This document shows positions 1-9,388 of a stretch of 64,000 bases of DNA, one piece after another (position 1 is the stretch's first letter; the number at the start of each line of letters is the position of its first letter). The stretch is from a virus (lineage: Duplodnaviria; Caudoviricetes), in IMG/VR virus record IMGVR_UViG_3300028888_000107, positions 1 through 64,000 of that record; one strand, 5' to 3'. Made by a program: the position numbers and the translations under genes. The notes under the pieces were generated by a model that worked only from the letters and a program-made list of their open reading frames with translations, was not told where the DNA came from and did no database searches.

Positions 1-38
1 AAATCCAAACAACCACCCATGGGTGGTTGTTTGGATTT
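1..38. repeat. Perfect 38-bp palindrome with no spacer at the window edge
   Basis: aaatccaaacaaccaccca|tgggtggttgtttggattt: bases 20-38 are the exact reverse complement of bases 1-19. Confidence 0.95.
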
Positions 39-1414
39 AAACCAATCACAACATCACCAAAATTGTATAGGGAACCTCTTATTTCGTTTCCATTGCTTGA
101 ATTGTTCCTGTTTGACCCACCGGCAATGTAAACATCGCCACCGGTTTTTGTTTTTTGGTTCCACTCACCCCTGCTATCACCGCCATCTATAAGAACATCA
201 TAACCCTTTCCGTTTGTATGTGTACCTCCCTTAATGTGCAAAGTGTTTGCCGAAAAGTTTGTAGAATTTGGTTTTAATGTAATAAGCGGTGAATTATCCT
301 TTATGTTGTTGTTTTGTGTATTGTTTACATTAAGAATATATGTTGGGGTGTTTGCATTTGTTCCGGTTGGTTCAACCTTATCAAAATTAACATATCCAAC
401 ATCGCCAACAGCTGCTCCAACAAGTGTTATATGTCCGCATTTTTGGCTTGTGCCACCGGCAACATAAATACCACTGTTTTCTGTATCATAGTTTAGGTTT
501 TGGTTGTTGCTGTATGAACCAACACATATACCGTTTTTGCTTACCTTCACCACATTCTTTAGGTTTTCACCAGTTGTCTTTGAATTTATTTTAAGGTAAG
601 ATGTATCGGTATCGGCCTTAAAGTTTATGTTTGAATTTTCATCCATCCAAAGTCCATCCAACAAATGTGTTTCATCACCAACATAGCAATTGCTTAATGT
701 ATCGTTTGGCACAACACTTTCATTAATAACACCCCATTCCCAATTTGATTGGTGGGTCAATTCGCCTAAACTGTTTACAGTTATAAATGGATGTATTGTA
801 TTGTCATTGGTTAAACCGGCAAGCGGAGATACCAATATCCTGTTATCACCGTAAAGGGTTAAAGTTGTGTTGCTTGTTTTTAATGAAACTTGGTCGGATT
901 CCACAACAAAAGCACCGCCATCCACTTTTAAATTGGCTATTGTTCCACCTTTCGATATGGAAATTGCGGTGTTGCTCCCAACAATGTTTAATGTTGAATT
1001 TGTTGGAGAATTGCTTCCACCCAAAACTGTTTTGTTGGTTGGGTCAACAGGATGTATTGTTGTACCTGTAAGGGTAAATGGAGAAATGACATTTTCCAAA
1101 AGTTGGTATTCTGTTGTCCACGTACCTTCATTATAACTTTGAACATCTCCGTTTGGGGCAAGATACAAATCGCCATCTTCGGCATCCCCCATATTTGATT
1201 GAGTTACCCATCCAGCACCTCTTCTTCCTTGTATGCCTTGCAAGCCTTGTATGCCGCTAAAGCCAAGTACACCTTGTATGCCTTGCATTCCTTCGGGTCC
1301 GCCACCTTTTAGGTTGACCAAATCAAAATTTGTGTTAATAATGTCAACCATTTCTGATATGGTGTGACCTGCGTTTAAATCAGTAAAAGGTATGTTAGAT
1401 GGTACGTTACTCAT
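1..1414 (-). CDS. Virion structural / tail-fibre-like protein with short collagen segment (3' end outside window)
   Basis: Not in the ORF track because it has no stop in the window. Hand translation from ATG 1414: MSNVPSNIPFTDLNAGHTISEMVDIINTNFDLVNLKGGGPEGMQGIQGVLGFSGIQGLQGIQGRRGAGW..., followed by a G/N/T/S-rich body; open in every stretch I translated, down to base 2. TATAAATA lies 20 nt upstream. Confidence 0.75.
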   Translation of the reverse strand, partial: MSNVPSNIPFTDLNAGHTISEMVDIINTNFDLVNLKGGGPEGMQGIQGVLGFSGIQGLQGIQGRRGAGWVTQSNMGDAEDGDLYLAPNGDVQSYNEGTWTTEYQLLENVISPFTLTGTTIHPVDPTNKTVLGGSNSPTNSTLNIVGSNTAISISKGGTIANLKVDGGAFVVESDQVSLKTSNTTLTLYGDNRILVSPLAGLTNDNTIHPFITVNSLGELTHQSNWEWGVINESVVPNDTLSNCYVGDETHLLDGLWMDENSNINFKADTDTSYLKINSKTTGENLKNVVKVSKNGICVGSYSNNQNLNYDTENSGIYVAGGTSQKCGHITLVGAAVGDVGYVNFDKVEPTGTNANTPTYILNVNNTQNNNIKDNSPLITLKPNSTNFSANTLHIKGGTHTNGKGYDVLIDGGDSRGEWNQKTKTGGDVYIAGGSNRNNSSNGNEIRGSLYNFGDVVIGLNPNNHPWVVVWI

Positions 1415-1433
1415 TTTCTATTTTGTGTTTATG

Positions 1434-1441
1434 TATTTATA
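1434..1441 (-). promoter_or_regulatory. T4-type late promoter TATAAATA
   Basis: Exact match, intergenic, 20 nt upstream of the fibre-like gene start at 1414; a gp55 homologue is in the window. Confidence 0.7.
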
Positions 1442-1449
1442 AAAACGAC

Positions 1450-2523
1450 TTATTTGAAATAAGCGTTAAACGCCATATTGGTCATCGTTCCTATTTTTGG
1501 GTATCCAATAAAGTCGTTTAGGGTTTTGCTATCGGTGTAGCTCATTGCTGATTTTAGGTAGGAAACAAAATTATCCAACCATTGACTCAAAGAATATTCA
1601 ACATCAACAGTTGTTTCAATTCCTTCGGATGTTTTGGTACCGCTTCCCCCAAATTCCTGTTGCGCCTTTTTGGTTGACATACCGTAATATTTGCGGTATT
1701 TTACATATTTCTTATCGCCATAGTATTCGGATTTGTCAACATATACCAATGCCCTTGGGTTATCCCATTCATATTTTATGTGTGTTTCACCGCAAGCCTC
1801 TTCGGTTTTTGCAAAAATGCTTCCAAGCATAACATAGTCCGCCCCAAGTGCCAATGCCTTTATAACTTGGTCAAAGTTTCTAAAGCCGCCATCCGCAACT
1901 ATTTTTGGGTAGTTTGTTTCGGGATGTTGCAAGCGTTTGTTATGGCATTCCCTTATAAGCGATGCCATAGGGTAGTGTATGGAAGTGTTCGCACTTGTTG
2001 TACAACAATATCCCGAACCTATTCCAATGCGAATATAGTCAACACAATTTAAATAATGCAAGCCAATTAGGTTGTAGGTTTCGGGGTTGGCGATGTTGCC
2101 AGCCATTATGGTTATGTTATCACCTATTGTGTCTTTTGCCGTTTTGCAAAGTTCGTAAACATATTTCATGTGTCCGTTTGCAATGTCTATGCAAAAACTT
2201 CTTTTTTTGTTCCAAATGTTCATTTTCAAAAGTTGTTCAAACTCGTTAAGCCCAACAGCGGCAAAACAAGTTTCCGAAAGTTCAATTCTTGTTTGAAAAT
2301 TAACGCTTCTTGGAATAATGGTTTGTATGTTTTTACCTAAAAATTCATTGTAGTTGTTTTCATCAATAACACAACTCATTGGTGCTGTAAACAAGGGCAG
2401 CATACCGTTTTCGTGATAGGTGTTGCATTCTTTTCTGCTTCGTATGCTTGTTAAATCTTCAGGTATTATGCAAACATCGTTCAACCCCAAAAGTTTGTGG
2501 GATTGGTAAAATTCTTTCGACAT
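1450..2523 (-). CDS. guaC: GMP reductase / IMPDH-family oxidoreductase
   Basis: LPLFTAPM, CIDIANGH, IRIGIGSGYCCTT (catalytic Cys loop), IVADGG, ALALGADYVMLGSIFA, KYYGMS and TSEG. The YGMS/SEG pattern fits GMPR better than IMPDH; no CBS domains. Confidence 0.8.
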   Translation of the reverse strand: MSKEFYQSHKLLGLNDVCIIPEDLTSIRSRKECNTYHENGMLPLFTAPMSCVIDENNYNEFLGKNIQTIIPRSVNFQTRIELSETCFAAVGLNEFEQLLKMNIWNKKRSFCIDIANGHMKYVYELCKTAKDTIGDNITIMAGNIANPETYNLIGLHYLNCVDYIRIGIGSGYCCTTSANTSIHYPMASLIRECHNKRLQHPETNYPKIVADGGFRNFDQVIKALALGADYVMLGSIFAKTEEACGETHIKYEWDNPRALVYVDKSEYYGDKKYVKYRKYYGMSTKKAQQEFGGSGTKTSEGIETTVDVEYSLSQWLDNFVSYLKSAMSYTDSKTLNDFIGYPKIGTMTNMAFNAYFK

Positions 2524-2546
2524 ATTGGTTAAATTTTAGAAAACAA

Positions 2547-3503
2547 TTATTCTTTTGATATGCTCTGTGTTACAATAACATTCTTTTTCATCACAAGTTT
2601 TACACGTGACTTTACATTTTTAAATTTGCCAAATTCACTTAAATTTATTTTAATTTTGTTTTGGGCAACATTGTTTATATTATAATATAATAAAGTTTCA
2701 CCGTTTTCGTTATGTTCTTCGGTGTCATCTTCATAAGTGTAGTATTGTGAATTTGCTTTGTGATAAATAAAAGCAATGTATGGGGATGTTGCATTGCTTG
2801 GGTTTCCAACGGTTAACTTGTAAGTTTGTGGTGTGGAAGTAAGGGTATGCAATATTTTATAGTTAAGGGTTATGTCAAGGTTGTTTATAACCGATGTGGA
2901 TGTTCCATAGTTGTAGTATTCTTCTTGGGTATCGACATTGTTGTTTTTAATGCTTGTTATTATATTATCAACATCATAGTTCAAAGCACCCGTGTTAACA
3001 TCCATATATTTGTTATAGTTTAATGCGTGTGCAAAATTATAGTATTGTGCGTTACTTGCAAGTTGAATATAGTTTGAATACAACAAATTGTGTGCGGCAA
3101 CAAGGTCAACATAATGGGTAATTTGATACGATTTGCCTTCTTTTAGAGGTGAACTTATATCGGGACGTGTAAAATCTATACAATTGGTTATGTCTTCCCA
3201 TTCAACATTTGAATTGGCGTTGTATTCACCTTCAACACTTGCCTTTTCAAGTTTAATCCCAACGTAGTTGTACAATATAGCCTTCCCCCAATTTATTTTT
3301 TTGTCAAGATTTGTTCCGCTAAAAACAAATATGTTGTTTATATCGCAAGTTCTTATGTCAAACGGTTGTGCCGATATTTTTATGGTTCCCCAAACTTCGT
3401 TGTTGTTCATATTCTTTGTAAAGGTAACAGACGGGTCAACAACCGAAAAATAGTTTATGCGTTGTTGGGTTATATTTGAATGATTATCTATGTATTCTGC
3501 CAT
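2547..3503 (-). CDS. Hypothetical protein, probably virion-associated
   Basis: 318-aa ORF tightly packed after the collagen gene; no recognisable motif. Confidence 0.6.
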   Translation of the reverse strand: MAEYIDNHSNITQQRINYFSVVDPSVTFTKNMNNNEVWGTIKISAQPFDIRTCDINNIFVFSGTNLDKKINWGKAILYNYVGIKLEKASVEGEYNANSNVEWEDITNCIDFTRPDISSPLKEGKSYQITHYVDLVAAHNLLYSNYIQLASNAQYYNFAHALNYNKYMDVNTGALNYDVDNIITSIKNNNVDTQEEYYNYGTSTSVINNLDITLNYKILHTLTSTPQTYKLTVGNPSNATSPYIAFIYHKANSQYYTYEDDTEEHNENGETLLYYNINNVAQNKIKINLSEFGKFKNVKSRVKLVMKKNVIVTQSISKE

Positions 3504-3522
3504 TTTTGTTTGTGCTTACACT

Positions 3523-5052
3523 TTATTTAGTTCCATTGTTTTGGGGAGGTAATTCAAAAAGTTTGTATCCCATAAGTATAAAGTCACCTTCTTCCACGTA
3601 TTCATATTCAACAACAAGATATGCAACGGTTCCTTCAAAATTAACGGTTAGTTGCTTTGTGTTGGGGTCATAGTCAACTCTGCCACTTAATTCCTCAACA
3701 TTTACAACATTTACAAATATTGGTTGGTCATTATAAACATCATATAAAAGTCTTGGAACATCAACAACATTGGAGTCTTGCGTTACTTGCTTTATTCTTG
3801 TTTCAAAATGTTCTCCATCGCAACCACATCCACAACCACCACCGCCACCACCGCTTGGCACAACCGAACTTTGTCCGGCGGGACCCCTGCAACCTTGTAT
3901 GCCTTGTAAACTTCTTATAAACAACGCAATGGCACCGGGACTTGATGGGTCGGGAAACACACTTTGTATGTTGTTGTATTCATACCAAATGTCATAAGTG
4001 GATTTACCAATTTCACCTTGTTCACCTTGAATACCTTGTATGCCCAAAAAACCTTGTATGCCTTGTGTTCCTTGAACACCTTGTTCACCTTGTATGCCTT
4101 GGTGTCCAATTTCGCCCTGTATGCCTTGGTATCCCATCCAACCTTGTATGCCTTGTGTTCCTTGCATACCTTGATATCCTTGGTATCCTTGGTATCCTTG
4201 CAAACCTTGTTCACCTTGTATGCCCTGATAGCCAAGCCAACCTTGAACACCTTGTGTTCCTTGAGCACCCTGATGTGTCGCTTGTCCCGGTACTCCTTGC
4301 AAACCTTGCATTCCTTGTATTCCTTGCACTGCTATCCAACACCCTTGTATTGCTTGTTGAATTGTGGGGTCTGTCCAAATTGCTTGTATGTATGAACCAC
4401 CATCGATTCCTTGTAAACCCTGCAAACCTTGAAAACCCTCTGTTCCATTTTCGCCATCAAGACCTTGTGCGCCTTGTACCACAATAAATTGAGAACCATC
4501 TGGAGTATAAACCCATGCTTCTCCTTGCGAACCTTGCATTCCCTGCGGACCTTGCGGACCTTGCGGACCAACTTCACCTTTCGGACCAACTTCACCTTGC
4601 GGACCAACTTCACCTTGCGGACCAACGGGCCCGGGTTCACCTTGCGGTCCAACTTCACCTTGCGGACCTTGTTCGCCTTGTTCACCCTGTTCACCTTGCG
4701 GACCAACTTCACCTTGCGGTCCTTGTTCACCTTGCGGACCTTGTTCGCCTTGTTCACCCTGCGGTCCGGCTGGTCCAACTGAACCACCCCCTGTTCCAAA
4801 AGGATACCATATTCCTTGACCAAGCACAGTTCCTTGTGATGGTGCTACATTATGGGATGTGCTTGTTTCGGAATCGCCAATAAAGATATATAGGATGTAA
4901 TTATCATCATAAACCACATCTTGGTGATGGTATATGCGCTCAGGGTTATACGGGTTTGCAACTTTTTTAAAGTTGTTGTCAACTTCAGGTATGGTTAATT
5001 CCACACCTTTTTCTTGACGATATATTATTCTTTCTTTTATCTCTGCTTGCAT
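3523..5052 (-). CDS. Collagen-like fibre protein
   Basis: Long Gly-X-Y tracts ([12 protein letters not shown], then QGIQG/QGYQG); N-terminal [17 protein letters not shown] motif of the kind seen at phage fibre N-termini; CGCGC motif after the helix. Confidence 0.9.
   Translation of the reverse strand: MQAEIKERIIYRQEKGVELTIPEVDNNFKKVANPYNPERIYHHQDVVYDDNYILYIFIGDSETSTSHNVAPSQGTVLGQGIWYPFGTGGGSVGPAGPQGEQGEQGPQGEQGPQGEVGPQGEQGEQGEQGPQGEVGPQGEPGPVGPQGEVGPQGEVGPKGEVGPQGPQGPQGMQGSQGEAWVYTPDGSQFIVVQGAQGLDGENGTEGFQGLQGLQGIDGGSYIQAIWTDPTIQQAIQGCWIAVQGIQGMQGLQGVPGQATHQGAQGTQGVQGWLGYQGIQGEQGLQGYQGYQGYQGMQGTQGIQGWMGYQGIQGEIGHQGIQGEQGVQGTQGIQGFLGIQGIQGEQGEIGKSTYDIWYEYNNIQSVFPDPSSPGAIALFIRSLQGIQGCRGPAGQSSVVPSGGGGGGCGCGCDGEHFETRIKQVTQDSNVVDVPRLLYDVYNDQPIFVNVVNVEELSGRVDYDPNTKQLTVNFEGTVAYLVVEYEYVEEGDFILMGYKLFELPPQNNGTK
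4540..4790. repeat. 9/18-bp tandem coding repeats of the collagen helix
   Basis: Repeated aacttcaccttgcggacc and ccttgttcgccttgttca units encoding GEVGPQ and GEQGEQ. Confidence 0.9.
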
Positions 5053-5061
5053 TTTTACAAA

Positions 5062-6453
5062 TTATTTTTTAATATGCCATTTTGTTGGAATGCCGTTATC
5101 ATTCACGTCTTTTTCATCATATTCAAAGTCGCTAACTTTGTAAAGGTTCTTGTCAACAATATCATCTATTTGCTTTTGCTTAAAACCGTTCACCTTTAAA
5201 AAGTCCCCAAGACCTCTTATACCAAGCACAACATCATCGTACATGTCTTGGTTTGGCAGTTTATCAAAACCAAGTTTTTCCATTTTTTGTTTCATTGAAC
5301 TTGCGTATTCGTTGTTGTCTTTCATTTTGTTGTATTCTTTTTCCATGTTTTCGTGCATTTCCTCCTTAAGTTTGATTTGCTTTTCCCTTTCATCCATTTC
5401 TTTCTGCCAATTCTCACGAGTATCCATTCCTTCAAACAACGAAGAAAGACCTTCTTGCGACCTTATGCTAAACATTTTCAATATATCAATAAGGTTCATG
5501 TGTATTTTTGCACACACCTTGTTGGCTCTTGCCTCCGCAGATAGTTTAACCGACTGGGAATAGGTTCCAAGCATATTGTCCTTTCCTTCCTTTGATGGTT
5601 TCTGTGCAAGGTTGTTAAATTGTTCCACCATTGCGGCAAGTTCCTTTTGGTTATCATCCTTTAAAAGGGAGTCTATGTGTCTACCGGCTTCTTGGAATAT
5701 GTTTTGTCTGTACGCACCGTACATATCGGTTCTCCCCATGTTGTTTACCTCTTTTATTTTTTTAAATGCGTCAATAAGACTTGTGAATTTTCCTTTTTCT
5801 TGCTTTGATAGTTTTTTTCCTCCGATTTCCTTGTTTAGGTAATCGTCGCCTATTCTTAACTTAATTTCATTGTAAATTTGTTCAACAGCCTCTCGTCTTA
5901 TTTCCATAACCTTTTTATCCATTCCCGCAATGCCATCTTTTACAAGCGTAAAAAACATATCTGCGTTTAGTTCAACCTGAACCAACGCCTGTTGCAACGC
6001 TTGCCTAATAATGGTCATATAATATTTGTAGCCAAGTGCCATTATTTTTGCCATTCTTATAGGTGAAAGAAACACACGGTAATTCATTATGTTAGATAGA
6101 AGAATATCGCCAGTAAAAGAACCCGGGCGTATGGAAGTCAGTTCTATTAGTTTTGTTAGTTTTAACTTGTTTTTGTCAAATTCAACCGATAAAAGTTGTT
6201 CCGCCTTGTTTGCGGTTGTTTTCTTGTTTATTTTTAAATCATCGTTGTAGTGTTCAACAAGGTTTTCAATTTCATCAACATTTTCGTTAATGGATTTGAA
6301 TATGTCGTTTCCCGTTGCTATGGTTGGGGCAAGTATCTTTGAAAGTGCGTTTTTGTTTATACTTTTAAAGATACCCTCGTTGATGGGTTCAACATTGTTT
6401 AAACCATAGGTGCTTCTAATAAAATCTTCGGATAAAAGAATGTAGTCCTTCAT
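5062..6453 (-). CDS. Hypothetical late helical protein with INE putative maturation site
   Basis: 463 aa; TATAAATA 20 nt upstream; EPINE|G near the N-terminus. Confidence 0.6.
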   Translation of the reverse strand: MKDYILLSEDFIRSTYGLNNVEPINEGIFKSINKNALSKILAPTIATGNDIFKSINENVDEIENLVEHYNDDLKINKKTTANKAEQLLSVEFDKNKLKLTKLIELTSIRPGSFTGDILLSNIMNYRVFLSPIRMAKIMALGYKYYMTIIRQALQQALVQVELNADMFFTLVKDGIAGMDKKVMEIRREAVEQIYNEIKLRIGDDYLNKEIGGKKLSKQEKGKFTSLIDAFKKIKEVNNMGRTDMYGAYRQNIFQEAGRHIDSLLKDDNQKELAAMVEQFNNLAQKPSKEGKDNMLGTYSQSVKLSAEARANKVCAKIHMNLIDILKMFSIRSQEGLSSLFEGMDTRENWQKEMDEREKQIKLKEEMHENMEKEYNKMKDNNEYASSMKQKMEKLGFDKLPNQDMYDDVVLGIRGLGDFLKVNGFKQKQIDDIVDKNLYKVSDFEYDEKDVNDNGIPTKWHIKK

Positions 6454-6472
6454 AAAAATTTTTGGTTTTTAG

Positions 6473-6484
6473 TATTTATAAATA
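6473..6484. promoter_or_regulatory. Overlapping bidirectional late promoter (TATAAATA on both strands)
   Basis: TATTTATAAATA contains TATAAATA on - (6473-6480) and on + (6477-6484), between the divergent starts at 6453 and 6516. Confidence 0.75.
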
Positions 6485-6515
6485 CATAAAAACATTTCAA
6501 ATTAAATTTGCAAAT

Positions 6516-6803
6516 ATGAAAAAACTTTTGGAATTTTTAAACAGGTGGGGTGTCGTGATTATTGTTTCACTTTCCCTGTTGGTTCTTATGAAAGAATGTT
6601 CAACATCAAAAAGGGTAAAAAAATTGGAAAAGGCAAATGTTGAAATTACCGCCAAGTTAGACTCCCTTAACAACAAAACCCTTAACGCAAACGATGTAAC
6701 AAAACTTATTAAAACCGTTTCCGCTTCACAAACCCTTATTGATGAAGAACTTATAGATAAAAAGCAACTTACGCTTACGGATTTATACAAAGAATTACAA
6801 TAG
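6516..6803 (+). CDS. Small membrane-anchored coiled-coil protein
   Basis: Start reassigned to MKKLLEFL; N-terminal hydrophobic helix WGVVIIVSLSLLVLM followed by a coiled coil. Confidence 0.6.
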   Translation: MKKLLEFLNRWGVVIIVSLSLLVLMKECSTSKRVKKLEKANVEITAKLDSLNNKTLNANDVTKLIKTVSASQTLIDEELIDKKQLTLTDLYKELQ

Positions 6804-6808
6804 TTAAA

Positions 6809-7729
6809 ATGCCAACAAGAATAGAACAACTTGCTTCAAATTCAACAATGTATTACAGGGGTGACCAATGCATGGAAATTGCACCCTTTGATAATTACTA
6901 TATGTTTACCATATACAGGGAAAGCACCGATAAGGAACAAGATGATAGCATACCGCTAAACCTAACCAATCTCGGTTCCCTTTACATATCCTTTATAAAC
7001 GGTGAAGAAGAAGTTAGAATAGAAAACTACAAATATGCCGAAGATGTTGATATGGCAAACGGAGAAGTTGTGTTTAGAATTGGCAAGGATGATGCCAAAA
7101 AGATTCTTGCGCTTGGCAGCAACACCTTTTACATATCAAGCAAAATAACGGATGGTGTAACATCATCCGATGAAACCGTTTTGTACACGGGGGAATGGGT
7201 TGATTTTGCCACCGGTATGCAAACATCCCTTACATCAACCATACAAACGCTTAACAACACAATTCTTGAATTGCAAAACAAACTAACATCGCTTAAAGAA
7301 GAATACGATGTTATGCTGGACTCTTTGTACTCGGAAATAGAAAACCTTAAAAACGAGATAAAGGCAAAAGATGTAACCATAAAGGAATTGCAAGATACAA
7401 TAGACACTTACAATTCAGATGTTGTGGATTACATAACAGCAAACATAATCTCAACCGGTAATTCAAACACAGGTGTTTCCATATCCACCACCAATAAAGA
7501 AAATTCAACAATAAACACCGGTAACATATCAAGGGAAGTTAAATTGGATAGCATTCGCCAAACAACGCACACCATAGAAATTGCCGCAGAAAAACTTCAA
7601 AAAAATTGGCTATCAAATTCAAGAATTAGCAAAAGGGAAGGCATTGTAGAAAATACAAATGTCTCCACCGCAACAAGCAATGAAGACACATATAGTTCTT
7701 TGTTAAACCAAGGAAAAAGAAAAAGATAA
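6809..7729 (+). CDS. Hypothetical late protein: beta-rich N-terminal domain plus coiled coil
   Basis: 306 aa; heptad region TIQTLNNTILELQNKLTSLKEEY. Confidence 0.6.
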   Translation: MPTRIEQLASNSTMYYRGDQCMEIAPFDNYYMFTIYRESTDKEQDDSIPLNLTNLGSLYISFINGEEEVRIENYKYAEDVDMANGEVVFRIGKDDAKKILALGSNTFYISSKITDGVTSSDETVLYTGEWVDFATGMQTSLTSTIQTLNNTILELQNKLTSLKEEYDVMLDSLYSEIENLKNEIKAKDVTIKELQDTIDTYNSDVVDYITANIISTGNSNTGVSISTTNKENSTINTGNISREVKLDSIRQTTHTIEIAAEKLQKNWLSNSRISKREGIVENTNVSTATSNEDTYSSLLNQGKRKR

Positions 7730-7731
7730 TT

Positions 7732-8259
7732 TTAAATTTCCTTTTTGTGTGAATCAATAAACATTTGACGGTAAACATTACCGTAATAACCTTCAACAGC
7801 CATTGCACGAAGGGCAACGTTTTCATCATATTCACCCAACACAATGTATTCGGTATCTGACGGAGATTCGTTTAAAGCAAGTTCCTTTGTTACATCAACA
7901 TAAACATCCCCCACTTTGTTAAAGGCGTGTTCAATTGGTATTCCAAATGTACTCATAAAACCTTCACAATACAATATGTTATCAAAACCTGTTTCTGAAC
8001 ACATGTGGTATGCGTTTGAATAACATTCCTTTTTCTTTGGACGTACACGTTGCTTTATTTTTTTAATTTCTTCTTCCGTAAACACTTCGTTTAACGGTGT
8101 TATTTTTATTGGTTTGGCGTCTTTTACCATTTTTTCGTAAAACTCTTTTTGAAACCCATCCGAGTTGCTTGCTATAAACTTGTATTGGGTAACAAAGGTG
8201 TTGTAAAAACTTCCACCGTTTTCATTTACGAATTGGTTGTATGTTTTAATCCTGTTCAT
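7732..8259 (-). CDS. Papain/transglutaminase-like (Cys-His-Asp) protein with capsid-targeting-like N-terminus
   Basis: Start reassigned to MNRIKTYNQFVNE; motifs KECYSNA, YCEG, PIEHAF and VDVT give a candidate C-H-D triad. Confidence 0.55.
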   Translation of the reverse strand: MNRIKTYNQFVNENGGSFYNTFVTQYKFIASNSDGFQKEFYEKMVKDAKPIKITPLNEVFTEEEIKKIKQRVRPKKKECYSNAYHMCSETGFDNILYCEGFMSTFGIPIEHAFNKVGDVYVDVTKELALNESPSDTEYIVLGEYDENVALRAMAVEGYYGNVYRQMFIDSHKKEI

Positions 8260-8944
8260 TTTCTTCAATGTGTTTTGTTGTTCTTTTTCTTGTTTTTTGC
8301 TTTGAAACCTCTTCCTTGTACTTGTTGGCGTATTCAACAACAAGGTAGTCAACAATGCTGTTTCTGTGGTTTGTTTTTAGTTCTATGCTTACCATACCCG
8401 GAACCCTATCAACACAATCGCAAATAAACCTAAATCCAGAATCCCCCTTGTGCTTTAAGTCTATTTGGGAAACATCACCGCATATAATCATTTTGGAATT
8501 TAAGCCAATTCTGGTTACTATCATTTCCATTTGCTCATCGGTTATGTTTTGGGCTTCATCAACTATTATGCAAGAATCCAAAAAAGTAAGACCCCTCATA
8601 AACGAAACGGGTGCAATTTCTATTGTGCCATCGTTTAGCCATTGGTCTATTCTAAACTTATCGTAAAGCAAGTAAAAGTTGGTTACTATTGGGGATATCC
8701 AAGGTTGCATCTTTTCCCTTAAGTCACCGGGCAAGTAACCAATATCTTCTTTTGAAACCGTTGGTCTGGTTATTACAATTTTTTTGTATTCCTTTTTTAG
8801 AAAACCATCCAACGCTATTTGACAAGCGAGCAATGTTTTACCCGAACCAGCCTTGCCGTGCAACACCCCTATCGTGTTTTGCAATATTAGTTCCTTTGCT
8901 TGCTTTTGTTCTTCGTTTAGGGTAATTTTGAACTTAACGGACAT
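8246..8944 (-). CDS. phoH: PhoH-family ATPase
   Basis: GKAGSGKT, ITRPTV, IGYLPGDLREKMQPW, FMRGLTF, IIVDEAQN, GDVSQID and HRN, all characteristic of PhoH. Confidence 0.95.
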   Translation of the reverse strand: MSVKFKITLNEEQKQAKELILQNTIGVLHGKAGSGKTLLACQIALDGFLKKEYKKIVITRPTVSKEDIGYLPGDLREKMQPWISPIVTNFYLLYDKFRIDQWLNDGTIEIAPVSFMRGLTFLDSCIIVDEAQNITDEQMEMIVTRIGLNSKMIICGDVSQIDLKHKGDSGFRFICDCVDRVPGMVSIELKTNHRNSIVDYLVVEYANKYKEEVSKQKTRKRTTKHIEENEQD

Positions 8945-8982
8945 TGTAATATTGTATATTTGAAAATTATGGCTACATAAAC

Positions 8983-9007
8983 TTTTGAAACAACCTACGT
9001 TTCAAAA
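8983..9007 (-). terminator. Possible stem-loop downstream of 9012
   Basis: ttttgaaac-aacctac-gtttcaaaa; weak stem, no clear U-tract. Confidence 0.3.
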
Positions 9008-9011
9008 CCCG

Positions 9012-9374
9012 TTATGCCTTAATCCCCAAATAGGTGCAAATGGCTGTTGTCATAATTTTGGATGTGAGCAAACTATACAACGGACCTTGTGTAACACCCA
9101 ACGCCTTGCAAATGGCTGCACCAATTTTTGAGCCAAAGGCAAGTCCGCCAATACCGCCAACCAAGCCTCCTATAATGCCTTCGTTTGCTTGGTCTTCCAT
9201 CATTTTTTCAATGTCGTTGTTGTCAACATCGTTTTCTACGCTTTCCTTAATAAAGGCGATTTCCTTTTCGTTAAGGTTTGTGATTTTTTCATAGAGTTGG
9301 GAAAAAAGAACAAGGGCGTCCTTTTCCAACATTTCATCTTTTTTTATGTCAAAATAGGTTTTTACTTTTTCCAT
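9012..9374 (-). CDS. Small protein with acidic N-terminal half and glycine-zipper hydrophobic C-terminal half
   Basis: Start at MEKVKTY; ...QANE|GIIGGLVGGIGGLAFGSKIGAAICKALGV... Confidence 0.65.
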   Translation of the reverse strand: MEKVKTYFDIKKDEMLEKDALVLFSQLYEKITNLNEKEIAFIKESVENDVDNNDIEKMMEDQANEGIIGGLVGGIGGLAFGSKIGAAICKALGVTQGPLYSLLTSKIMTTAICTYLGIKA

Positions 9375-9388
9375 TTTTATATTGTATA

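Noticed and set aside
3657-4883. Many overlapping alternative-frame ORFs over the collagen gene
   Set aside because: Shadows of the tandem Gly-X-Y codon repeats.
6516-6803. Spanin or holin call
   Set aside because: The topology is compatible, but there is no overlapping lipoprotein and no lysin nearby.
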